Assembly (NCBI GenBank): GCA_046483305.1
Contig: JAWODM010000022.1
Coordinates: 1-10,226 of the forward strand
Source: Candidatus Krumholzibacteriales bacterium
GTDB taxonomy: Bacteria > Krumholzibacteriota > Krumholzibacteriia > Krumholzibacteriales > WJIX01
Direction: 5' to 3'
DNA: 10,226 nucleotides
How positions within the stretch are numbered: the stretch's first letter is position 1; the number at the start of each line of letters is the position of its first letter. Under the pieces are notes generated by a model. The model made no database searches. It was given only the letters and a program-made list of their open reading frames with translations, and was not told the origin of the DNA. The translations under genes and the position numbers were made by a program. Below are positions 1 to 8,069 of this stretch, piece after piece.

Positions 1-55
1 TGGAGTATCCCCAATTTTTATAATCTATCAGGTAGTTTAATTATTCGTTTGGTTT

Positions 56-98
56 GCGGCTGAGTGATTAATATAAGATTAATCACTCAGCCGCTTCT
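56..98 (+). terminator. Perfect 17-bp inverted repeat, probable intrinsic terminator of an upstream gene
   Basis: GCGGCTGAGTGATTAAT (56-72) / ATTAATCACTCAGCCGC (78-94) with a 5-nt loop, followed only by a weak TTCT tail. It lies in the intergenic region upstream of the glycan block. Confidence 0.6.
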
Positions 99-346
99 AT
101 CAATGCTTAAGGCCGATTCCAGTTGCTATTAAAACTAAGTTGTTGTTAAAGATTACCTTACCGACATTCTGGCTTATTTTTTGGGGAAACTCCTGGGATT
201 AAGCCGGCTGTAGCTCAGCCGTGTTGCCCCCGGAGACGGCCCATTTCTCATCTGTCGAAGGCTCCAGGCCGCCTGGAAGGTTATTCAGATGCCCCGGAAT
301 ATATTTGCTTATTATGAAATAATAACTGTAAAGTTGTTGTTGAGGG

Positions 347-375
347 TAGAAATTATATTAAATATTTGATATAAT
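347..375 (+). promoter_or_regulatory. Sigma70-type promoter with extended -10 for the glycan operon
   Basis: TAGAAA (347-352), 17 bp, TATAAT (370-375), with TG at 367-368. AT-rich context; SD-like AAGGA at 415-419 before ATG 429. Confidence 0.6.
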
Positions 376-428
376 GAATGAAATTGTGTTTCTGGTTTTG
401 AGATGGGTAAGATTAAGGATATTTAAAT

Positions 429-1526
429 ATGAGCAAAATTCCATTCCTCAGTCTTCAGGGTACGACCAACAGAGTGAGAGAAGAAGTGGATGAAGTGATT
501 GCGGACATCATCGACAATACAGCTTTCGTGCTGGGCCCCAGAGTGGAAAGCTTCGAGAGAAAATTCGCTGATTACTGCGGCGCCTCTCACGCAGCTGGAA
601 CCAGCAGCGGCACCTCAGCCCTGATCCTGGCGCTCAAAGGTTTCGACATAGGCGAAGGAGACGAGGTGATAACGGTACCGAACACCTTTATCGCTACCGC
701 GGAGGCAATCGCCCTCGCCGGAGCAAAGCCGGTACTGGTTGATGTCAGGCGGGATACTGCCCTGATTGACCCTGAAAAGATAGAAGAAGCGATATCACCG
801 AGAACCCGGGCGATAATGCCGGTTCATCTTTTCGGGCAGTGCTGCGATATGGATCCGATCATGGATATCGCCGAAAAACATGACCTGGTGGTAATAGAGG
901 ATGCCTGCCAGGCGCACGGCGCGACCTACAAAGGCAGGAAGGCCGGATCTATAGGCCACTCGGGCGCCTTCTCTTTTTATCCCAGCAAGAACCTGGGAGC
1001 ATTCGGAGAGGGAGGCATTGTTACCTCTGACAACGAAAAGTATATTGATATAATAAAGGGACTCCGGCATCACGGACAGATCAAGAAGAATGAGCATACC
1101 GTAATAGGTTACAATTACAGGCTTCAGGCTATCCAGGCTGCCGTGCTGGAGGTAAAACTGCAATATCTTGATGAGATGAATTCAAGCCGCAGAAATCTGG
1201 CGGACAGGTACAGGGCCAATCTGGAAGGATCCGGCTACTGGATCCCGGCCGAAGCGGAATCATGCGAGGCGGTTTATCATTTATTCCCGGTGGGCTGTGC
1301 GGATAAGGAAAAGGTTACCGAGGTTCTCGACCGGGAAGGAATAGGATGGGGAGAACACTACCCCGTCCCGGTCCATCTACAGCCGGCATTTTCTCATCTC
1401 GAATACGGGGAGGGCTCTTTCCCCGTTTCCGAAGAATTAATGGAAATCAGTATAACTCTTCCAATGTTTCCGGAATTAGAGGCCGGACAGGTAGACAGGG
1501 TGTGTGATGTTCTGAAGGGCATATAA
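429..1526 (+). CDS. DegT/DnrJ/EryC1/StrS-family PLP-dependent nucleotide-sugar aminotransferase
   Basis: Motifs SSGTSAL, GDEVITVPNTFIATAEAI, IMPVHLFG, VIEDACQAHGA, catalytic-Lys motif FSFYPSKNLGAFGEGG, and C-terminal ITLPMFP. Confidence 0.95.
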   Translation: MSKIPFLSLQGTTNRVREEVDEVIADIIDNTAFVLGPRVESFERKFADYCGASHAAGTSSGTSALILALKGFDIGEGDEVITVPNTFIATAEAIALAGAKPVLVDVRRDTALIDPEKIEEAISPRTRAIMPVHLFGQCCDMDPIMDIAEKHDLVVIEDACQAHGATYKGRKAGSIGHSGAFSFYPSKNLGAFGEGGIVTSDNEKYIDIIKGLRHHGQIKKNEHTVIGYNYRLQAIQAAVLEVKLQYLDEMNSSRRNLADRYRANLEGSGYWIPAEAESCEAVYHLFPVGCADKEKVTEVLDREGIGWGEHYPVPVHLQPAFSHLEYGEGSFPVSEELMEISITLPMFPELEAGQVDRVCDVLKGI

Positions 1527-1609
1527 ATCAGCGAAGGAACTAAAAAAAAGGAGGGGATGTAGAAAAATTGCTAAAAAGTAAATAATAGTTTATCTTTCAG
1601 GAAGATAAA

Positions 1610-2341
1610 ATGAGCAAAGATTCACTTGCATTGGATAAAGCAAACAGCTCTAGAAGCTATAACCACTGCTCCAGAGACATATCTGACGTGGAGGATGGAG
1701 GAAGTCTAATCCAATTCGCGTTAAAACGTGTCCTGGACATTATTATATCAATAGCAGTTCTTATAATAAGCCTGCCTTTCTTTCTCGCCATAGCGGTCAT
1801 TATCAAGTGTACATCCAAAGGCCCGGTTCTTTTCCGCCAGGAGAGGATAGGAAAGAACGGAAAACCGTTCATATTTCTAAAGCTGAGGACCATGAAATTT
1901 GGAAGCAGCGACGAGCGGCACCGTCAATTCTGCAGGGATTTTATCAAGGGTTCGCTCTATGCCAGCCCGGAGAATGACAGAGAAAAAAAATACAAAATAG
2001 TCGATGATCCCCGTGTTACCGGAGTGGGCAGATTCCTCCGTAAAAGCAGCCTGGATGAACTGCCGCAGTTCATAAATATTCTAAAGGGGGATATGACTCT
2101 GGTAGGTCCCAGGCCATCGCTGAAATATGAGTATAAGTACTACGATGACTGGCATAAGAAGAGGGTGGCGGTAAAACCGGGGCTGACCGGCCTGTGGCAG
2201 GTCAGCGGCAGAAGCAATGTCACTTTTCAGGAAATGATTAATTTAGATTTATATTATATTGAAAATTGGTCGATTATTCTTGATATTAAGATTATATTGA
2301 GAACTATTCCCGTGGTGCTTTTTGGCAGGGGAGCTTATTAG
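1610..2341 (+). CDS. Small monotopic phosphoglycosyl transferase (Bac_transf, PglC/WcaJ C-terminal-like), priming sugar transferase
   Basis: KRVLDIIIS followed by a hydrophobic helix, then [67 protein letters not shown] and DLYYIENWS. Confidence 0.95.
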   Translation: MSKDSLALDKANSSRSYNHCSRDISDVEDGGSLIQFALKRVLDIIISIAVLIISLPFFLAIAVIIKCTSKGPVLFRQERIGKNGKPFIFLKLRTMKFGSSDERHRQFCRDFIKGSLYASPENDREKKYKIVDDPRVTGVGRFLRKSSLDELPQFINILKGDMTLVGPRPSLKYEYKYYDDWHKKRVAVKPGLTGLWQVSGRSNVTFQEMINLDLYYIENWSIILDIKIILRTIPVVLFGRGAY

Positions 2342-2367
2342 CTTCTTCTTTTAGAATTGGAGGCAAT

Positions 2368-3399
2368 GTGTTAAATATTGGCGTTATCGGCTGCGGTTAC
2401 TGGGGACCCAATCTGATTAGGAATTTCCATAATATAGATGAGGCTCGGGTTAAGACCTGCAGCGATCTGAAGGATAAGAGGCTTGAACACATGAAAGGCC
2501 TTTACCCGTCGGTTGATACTACAAAAAATTACAGGGATATCATCAATGATGACGAGATTGAGGCGGTGGTAATAGCGACACCGGTTTCTTCCCACTACAG
2601 CATCTCCAAAGAAGCGCTGGAAGCGGGAAAGCATGTATTCGTGGAGAAGCCGCTCGCTTCGGAAGTAGAGCAGGGGACCGAACTTGTAAAAATGGCCAGG
2701 GAAAAGAAACTGATTCTGTTTGTGGGGCACACCTTCGTATACACCGCCGCTGTTAACAAGATCAAGGAACTTGTCAAATCGGGCGAGCTGGGGGATATTT
2801 ACTATATTACCTCATCCAGGCTTAATCTGGGCCTTTTTCAGGATGACATCAATGTTATGTGGGACCTGGCGCCTCATGACATATCGATCATGAATTATAT
2901 TCTGGACGCATCGCCCGAATCGGTAACAGCGAATGGTTTTTCATATATACAGCCTGAAATAGATGATGTGGGTTTCATAACCCTCAGGTATCCGGACTCC
3001 ATTGTTGCCAATATACATGTTTCATGGTTGAATCCCAATAAGATAAGGAAAACCACAGTGGTGGGAAGCAAGAAGATGCTTGTGTACGATGATGTCTCCA
3101 GCCTGGAGAAGATCCGGATTTACGACAAGGGTGTGGATGTGGTTCCGCACTATGACACTTTCGGCGAATTCCAGCTTTCCTACAGGTATGGCGATATTTC
3201 AATACCGAAACTGAAAGACGAGGAACCCCTCAAGGTAGAATGCCAGCACTTCATCAATTGTGTAAAGCACGGGGATACCCCGCGAAGCAGCGGCGAGGAT
3301 GGCCTGGAAATAATGCTTGCGCTGGATGCGGCCGGAAGATCCATATCGAAAGGCTGCCGTCAGATAGAGATCGAATATCCTGAAATATTTAATGATTAA
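2368..3399 (+). CDS. Gfo/Idh/MocA-family NAD-dependent oxidoreductase (probable nucleotide-sugar C3 dehydrogenase)
   Basis: Rossmann motif IGVIGCGYWG, plus VVIATP, AGKHVFVEKP and WDLAPHD. GTG start with GGAGG SD at 2359-2363. Confidence 0.93.
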   Translation: MLNIGVIGCGYWGPNLIRNFHNIDEARVKTCSDLKDKRLEHMKGLYPSVDTTKNYRDIINDDEIEAVVIATPVSSHYSISKEALEAGKHVFVEKPLASEVEQGTELVKMAREKKLILFVGHTFVYTAAVNKIKELVKSGELGDIYYITSSRLNLGLFQDDINVMWDLAPHDISIMNYILDASPESVTANGFSYIQPEIDDVGFITLRYPDSIVANIHVSWLNPNKIRKTTVVGSKKMLVYDDVSSLEKIRIYDKGVDVVPHYDTFGEFQLSYRYGDISIPKLKDEEPLKVECQHFINCVKHGDTPRSSGEDGLEIMLALDAAGRSISKGCRQIEIEYPEIFND

Positions 3400-3428
3400 C
3401 CGCCGGTGATTTCAAGCAAGGAGTTATT

Positions 3429-4049
3429 TTGAGAATCTCTGAGAATATTGAAAAGGGTAAAGGTTTATCCATTGACCGGGGTGCGATTATCGGATATCTG
3501 TCACCCAGAAGCGGAGTAAGTGACAGGCTGGTAATAGGGGATAACGCGCGGATAAGAAGCGGGACGGTCATATATGCCGGCTCCAGGATCGGAAGCGGAC
3601 TTGAGACCGGGCATAATGTGGTAATACGGGAGCAGTGTAAAATAGGGGATGATTTCTCGATATGGAATAATTCCGTTATAGACTACGACTGCAGAATCGG
3701 CAAAGGGGTAAAAGTTCATTGCAACATATATGTACCACAGTATACTGTGGTGGAGGATAATGTTTTTATGGCGCCGGGGGTAACCATTGCGAATGACATA
3801 CATCCGGGGTGCCCTGAATCGGGAGAATGTATGCGAGGCCCTGTACTTAAGAAGGGTTGCAGGCTGGGGGTTAATGTTGTGGTGGTTCCTTATGTTACCA
3901 TCGGGGCGGGCACTCTGGTGGGAGCCGGTTCTGTGGTTACCAGGGATCTGCCTGACGGTGTGCTGGCTTACGGTAACCCGGCAAGGGTAAAGGCCAGGCT
4001 CTCAGAGCTGAAGTGCAAAACCGGACGCAGAGAAGCACCCTACCTGTAA
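3429..4049 (+). CDS. Hexapeptide-repeat (left-handed beta-helix) N-acetyltransferase
   Basis: Repeated [IV]G-x4 hexapeptides, APGVTIAND, and IGAGTLVGAGSVVTRDLP...YGNPAR. TTG start with AAGGAG at 3418-3423. Confidence 0.92.
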   Translation: MRISENIEKGKGLSIDRGAIIGYLSPRSGVSDRLVIGDNARIRSGTVIYAGSRIGSGLETGHNVVIREQCKIGDDFSIWNNSVIDYDCRIGKGVKVHCNIYVPQYTVVEDNVFMAPGVTIANDIHPGCPESGECMRGPVLKKGCRLGVNVVVVPYVTIGAGTLVGAGSVVTRDLPDGVLAYGNPARVKARLSELKCKTGRREAPYL

Positions 4050-4062
4050 AAGGTTCCCGCTT

Positions 4063-5208
4063 ATGGAAAATCAAATGGAAAGTAGGAAGATATTTATTCT
4101 TGCTTCCACACTGGTAATCGGGGGAGCGGAGATGGTGGTGAGCTCTCTGGCCGAGAATCTCCGGGCCGGAGGATTCGATATAGAGTTGATCTTTATCAGG
4201 GAACCCGGGGAGATCGGGGAGCGTCTTATTGATAGCGGGATAAAACATCAGGCCGGCCTGGCTGAGAGCCGCTTCGACCCGCGAACCTTGCCGAGATTAA
4301 CCGGAACATTGCGGAATCATAGAGACAGCGCGCTCCTGGTTCTCGACCATCATAACGCTATACTGTGGGGAGCGCTGGCATCGAGATTGGCCCGGATAAG
4401 AGGAAGCGTCCTCTCTGTTCATTCCACCGGTTTGTGGGGAAGCGGGAGAACCTTCAACCTGGCAGACCGGATGGTACTGAATCTTTTCGACAGAGTGATT
4501 GCTCTTTCAGAAACTCACGCTGAATATCTTTCCGGTCAGGAGGGAGTGCCTTCCGGAAAACTTACAGTTATTAATAATGGTATCGATACAGGCAGGTTTA
4601 ATCCCGCGGGGAGGGATGAGAAAGGAAAAAAAGTCAGAGAGGAGCTGGGGATAGAGAGCGAGGACACTGTGGTAAGTATTGTCGCCGCGCTCCGTCCGGA
4701 GAAGAACCACCTGATGTTTCTCGAAGCGGCTGGCTCGGTTCTGAAGCGCTCCAGGGAATTCAGATTTCTCATAGTGGGGGAGGGTGAACAGAGACAGGAG
4801 CTGGAAAGAAAGACTGGCCGGATGGATATCGCCGACCGGGTAATATTTACCGGAAGCAGGGATGATATCCCGGATATCCTGGCGGCGACCGATATCTCGG
4901 TCCTCTGCTCTCACCCGGTGGTGGAGACCTTTCCGCTTACCGTTCTGGAGGCTATGGCATGCGGATTGCCTGTAATCTCCACGGATGTCGGGTCGGTATC
5001 GGAGATAATAACAGACCGGGAGAACGGAATTCTGATACCCTCCGGTGACACAGAGGCTTTGACGGACGCTATGATGGAGCTGGCATCAGACCGGAACCTT
5101 AGAGAAAGACTGGGCGGGAACGCCAGGCGTAAGGTAGCCGGAAGTTTTTCTGACGAAAAGATGGCGGAAAAATATATTGCAGTTTTTGATGATATCTTCA
5201 ACAAATGA
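4063..5208 (+). CDS. GT4-family (GT-B) glycosyltransferase
   Basis: GGAEMVV N-terminal motif, VINNGID, LRPEKNH, and ETFPLTVLEAMACGLPVISTDVG (EX7E motif). The start could alternatively be ATG 4075. Confidence 0.93.
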   Translation: MENQMESRKIFILASTLVIGGAEMVVSSLAENLRAGGFDIELIFIREPGEIGERLIDSGIKHQAGLAESRFDPRTLPRLTGTLRNHRDSALLVLDHHNAILWGALASRLARIRGSVLSVHSTGLWGSGRTFNLADRMVLNLFDRVIALSETHAEYLSGQEGVPSGKLTVINNGIDTGRFNPAGRDEKGKKVREELGIESEDTVVSIVAALRPEKNHLMFLEAAGSVLKRSREFRFLIVGEGEQRQELERKTGRMDIADRVIFTGSRDDIPDILAATDISVLCSHPVVETFPLTVLEAMACGLPVISTDVGSVSEIITDRENGILIPSGDTEALTDAMMELASDRNLRERLGGNARRKVAGSFSDEKMAEKYIAVFDDIFNK

Positions 5209-5250
5209 CGCCGGGACCCGGCATGGAAGGTCCGGCCATAGGAAAACCTG

Positions 5251-6369
5251 ATGAGTTATCAGCCGAAATTTAAAATTGCAATGATTGGCTCGAAGGGGAT
5301 TCCGGCGAGTTTCGGCGGGATTGAGCGGCACGTGGAAGAGGTAAGCGCCAGACTCGCGTCAGCCGGTCATGAAGTCACCGTTTACGGGAGAAAACCATTC
5401 AGCGAGAGTTGCGTGTACAGGGGGGTGCGGGTAAAGAATCTTCCTTCAATCAGAACCAAGAACCTGGATGCGGCCACCAATTCATTTCTGGCTACCATTC
5501 ACGCCCTGTTCGGCGAATACGATATTATTCACTATCACGGTGTAGGGCCTTCGCTTTTCTGTCATCTGGGCCGCCTCAGCCCGAAGAAGACTGTGTCCAC
5601 CATACACGCGCCGGATTACAAACAGGTGAAATGGGGCCCTTTCGCAAGATTTATGCTCCGGCAGGGCGAAAAGACAGCGGCAACTGTTCCCGACGCATCC
5701 ATCGCCGTTTCCAGGCTGATGACAGAGAGATTGAATTCTGAACCGGGAAGAAAGGTAAGGTATATTCCCAACGGCGCAACCATCCGTCCCCGTCCGGACT
5801 TCACGGTTGGAAGCGAGCTGGGCCTGGAAAGCGGGAAGTATATCCTGGCGGTGGGAAGGTTTATTTATGAAAAAGGCTTCCACGACCTGATCGACGCATA
5901 CTCCGGTATCGATAGCGGCCTGAGGCTGGTTCTGGCAGGAGATGAAAAATCGGCTGACAGCGGTTACAGGGATTTGCTTAGAAGCAGAAGCGACAGCAGA
6001 ACCGTATTCGCCGGTTTTCAGTCAGGCGGGAATCTGGATCAGTTATACGCTCATTGCCGCTTTTACGTATTGCCTTCCTATGTGGAAGGGCTTCCGATTA
6101 CACTGATAGAAGCGATGAGTTTCGGCTGTCCTCTTCTCATAAGCGATATACCGGAGAACATGGAAGCCGCCGGCTCAATAGCGGCAACCTTCCGGTCCGG
6201 TGACAGCGCAGACCTCGAGGCCGGCCTGATAAGAATGATTTCAATGAACGAGGCCGAAAGAGAAATAATGAGCAGGAAGGCAAGGGAGAGAGTTGAGAAG
6301 AGTTATAACTGGGATTTGATTACCGGGAAGATCGAGAAAATATATTATGAAATAAAGAAAGTGTTGTAA
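5251..6369 (+). CDS. GT4-family glycosyltransferase
   Basis: IAMIGSKGIPASFGGIERHVEE, YIPNG, VGRFIYEKG and EGLPITLIEAMSFG. Confidence 0.93.
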   Translation: MSYQPKFKIAMIGSKGIPASFGGIERHVEEVSARLASAGHEVTVYGRKPFSESCVYRGVRVKNLPSIRTKNLDAATNSFLATIHALFGEYDIIHYHGVGPSLFCHLGRLSPKKTVSTIHAPDYKQVKWGPFARFMLRQGEKTAATVPDASIAVSRLMTERLNSEPGRKVRYIPNGATIRPRPDFTVGSELGLESGKYILAVGRFIYEKGFHDLIDAYSGIDSGLRLVLAGDEKSADSGYRDLLRSRSDSRTVFAGFQSGGNLDQLYAHCRFYVLPSYVEGLPITLIEAMSFGCPLLISDIPENMEAAGSIAATFRSGDSADLEAGLIRMISMNEAEREIMSRKARERVEKSYNWDLITGKIEKIYYEIKKVL

Positions 6370-6377
6370 CAAACTGC

Positions 6378-6387
6378 TTGATATAAT
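6378..6387 (+). promoter_or_regulatory. Extended -10 promoter element upstream of the SPOR gene
   Basis: TTGATATAAT (TG-n-TATAAT), identical to the 10-mer at 366-375. No good -35 at canonical spacing. Confidence 0.45.
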
Positions 6388-6424
6388 ATTTTCTTATTTA
6401 GAAAATACTGGAAGAAATGGCCGG

Positions 6425-7009
6425 ATGAGGTTATATAAGGAGATGAAATTGATTCTGCCGAGTAGAATAAGAAATGTTGCAGCCATTGCCTTTGGTTTTT
6501 CATTCATCCTTGGCTGCGCCGCCGGAAATACCGACAGGGCAGCGGAACCGGCAGCGGAATCTGACCGGGATGTTCCCGGACAGGCCGAGAGCCGGGGCGC
6601 ATCAGTTCCCGGGGATGAATCAGAACCTGATAAGGTATACGATATCGAGGAAGAACTTCCCGAGAACAGGGAATTAAAGGAAACGGAGAAGATAGAGGAA
6701 AAGATTACAGTCCAGGAAAAGGATTCGTTACCGGTAGAGGAGGTAGAAAGCGCCCCGGTTGTCGAGAAGACGCATGGGCTGGGGTATAGAGTTCAGATCT
6801 TCGCTTCCGAAGACCTCGAGAAAGCCAGGGAGATAAAGAGCGCCGCGCAAGAGAGAACCGCGCTGAAGGTATATATCGAATATGAGAATCAGATGTACAA
6901 GGTTAGAGTGGGCGATTTCGATACCAGGGAAGAGGCGGCGGAGATGAGGCAGAGGTTGAAATCTTCTTATCCCGATTGCTGGATAACCGAAACAACAATC
7001 AGAAAATAA
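6425..7009 (+). CDS. SPOR-domain lipoprotein (peptidoglycan binding)
   Basis: Signal peptide with lipobox ILG-C (Cys codon 6515-6517), an acidic low-complexity linker, and a C-terminal SPOR-like GYRVQIFA...YKVRVGDFDTREEA...YPDCWI. The true start may be ATG 6443 or TTG 6449 (AAGGAG at 6437-6442). Confidence 0.85.
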   Translation: MRLYKEMKLILPSRIRNVAAIAFGFSFILGCAAGNTDRAAEPAAESDRDVPGQAESRGASVPGDESEPDKVYDIEEELPENRELKETEKIEEKITVQEKDSLPVEEVESAPVVEKTHGLGYRVQIFASEDLEKAREIKSAAQERTALKVYIEYENQMYKVRVGDFDTREEAAEMRQRLKSSYPDCWITETTIRK

Positions 7010-7037
7010 TGACATTGCCGGAAGGAGTTGCTTTTAA

Positions 7038-8045
7038 ATGCCAGAATTGAGGAAGAGTCCGGTTATAGGAAGATGGGTGATAATATCCACTGAGAGGGGC
7101 AAGCGCCCTATCGATTTCGAAGTTGCCAGGGAAAAAATCAGCGGAAAATTCTGTCCGTTCTGCCCCGGGAATGAAGATAAGACTCCGCCGGAGATTCTGG
7201 CTTACCGGGACCCCAAAACCAAACCTGATACGGAGGGATGGAGCGTGAGAGTGGTCCCGAACAAATTTCCGGCCCTGAGAATAGAAGGCGACCTGGGCAA
7301 GAGGGGGATAGGCATATACGATATGATGGAAGGTATCGGCGCCCACGAGGTGCTGATAGAATCACCCGCCCACGACAAGAATATACAGTATCTGAACAAC
7401 AATCATATCGAGACAATATTCCATGCCATCCGCGCCAGAATGCTGGATCTGAAGAAGGACACCCGGTTCAGGTATATTCTGGTATTCAAGAACTGGGGTA
7501 AGGAAGCCGGAGCGTCTCTGGAGCATTCACACATGCAGATTATAGCGACTCCCATCATACCCAAGAGAGCGATGGAAGAACTCAAGGGGGCCGAATTCCA
7601 CTACAAGCTGAAGGAAAGATGCATATTCTGTGATATCATAAATCAGGAACAGAAGGATAAATCCCGGATCGTATATCAGAATCAGTATTTCATAGCGCTG
7701 GAGCCATTTGCCGCCAGGTTCCCTTTTGAAACCTGGGTTTTGCCCTTGCAGCATATTTCAGCATTTGAGAATACCGACATCAGGTGGTTCCCCTCATTCG
7801 TAGATATCATGAAGAAGGTTCTGCTGAAGCTGGATAAGGTTCTTTCCGCCCCTCCCTTCAATTTTATTATTCACACCTCGCCCTGCAATGAAGATAACCT
7901 CGACTATTATCACTGGCATGTCGAGATCATACCAAAACTGACCAAGGTTGCCGGCTTCGAGTGGGGATCGGGCTTCTATATTAATCCGACTCCGCCGGAG
8001 GCAGCCGCAGAAGAACTCAGAAATGTGGAAATAGATTCAGACTGA
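7038..8045 (+). CDS. galT: GalT-family nucleotidyltransferase (typically annotated galactose-1-phosphate uridylyltransferase; resembles the ADP-glucose phosphorylase subfamily)
   Basis: PELRKSPV...WVIIS..RGKRP, Zn motif CPFCPG, VVPNKFPAL, GAHEVLIESP, active site FKNWG..AGASLEHSHMQ, CIFCD, and GFEWGSGFYINP. AAGGAG SD at 7022-7027. Confidence 0.9.
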   Translation: MPELRKSPVIGRWVIISTERGKRPIDFEVAREKISGKFCPFCPGNEDKTPPEILAYRDPKTKPDTEGWSVRVVPNKFPALRIEGDLGKRGIGIYDMMEGIGAHEVLIESPAHDKNIQYLNNNHIETIFHAIRARMLDLKKDTRFRYILVFKNWGKEAGASLEHSHMQIIATPIIPKRAMEELKGAEFHYKLKERCIFCDIINQEQKDKSRIVYQNQYFIALEPFAARFPFETWVLPLQHISAFENTDIRWFPSFVDIMKKVLLKLDKVLSAPPFNFIIHTSPCNEDNLDYYHWHVEIIPKLTKVAGFEWGSGFYINPTPPEAAAEELRNVEIDSD

Positions 8046-8069
8046 AGAGCTTAAGGATAAGGAGAAGTA

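Noticed and set aside
1..63. Possible 3' end of an upstream CDS
   Set aside because: All three + frames reach a stop within 63 nt and the fragment is too short to choose a frame or product.
203..260. GCCGGCTGTAGCTCAG resembles a tRNA 5' end
   Set aside because: No D-loop GG, no GAGC partner strand, no anticodon arm and no T loop follow.
95..428. JUMPstart/ops element ahead of the glycan genes
   Set aside because: No GGCGGTAG motif was found.
2366..2374. Out-of-frame ATG-TGT-TAA overlapping the GTG start
   Set aside because: It is only 2 nt from the SD sequence and most likely incidental.
5210..5238. Small GC hairpin GCCGGG-A-CCCGGC between the two GT4 genes
   Set aside because: The stem is short with no U tract; at most an mRNA stability element, with no further support.
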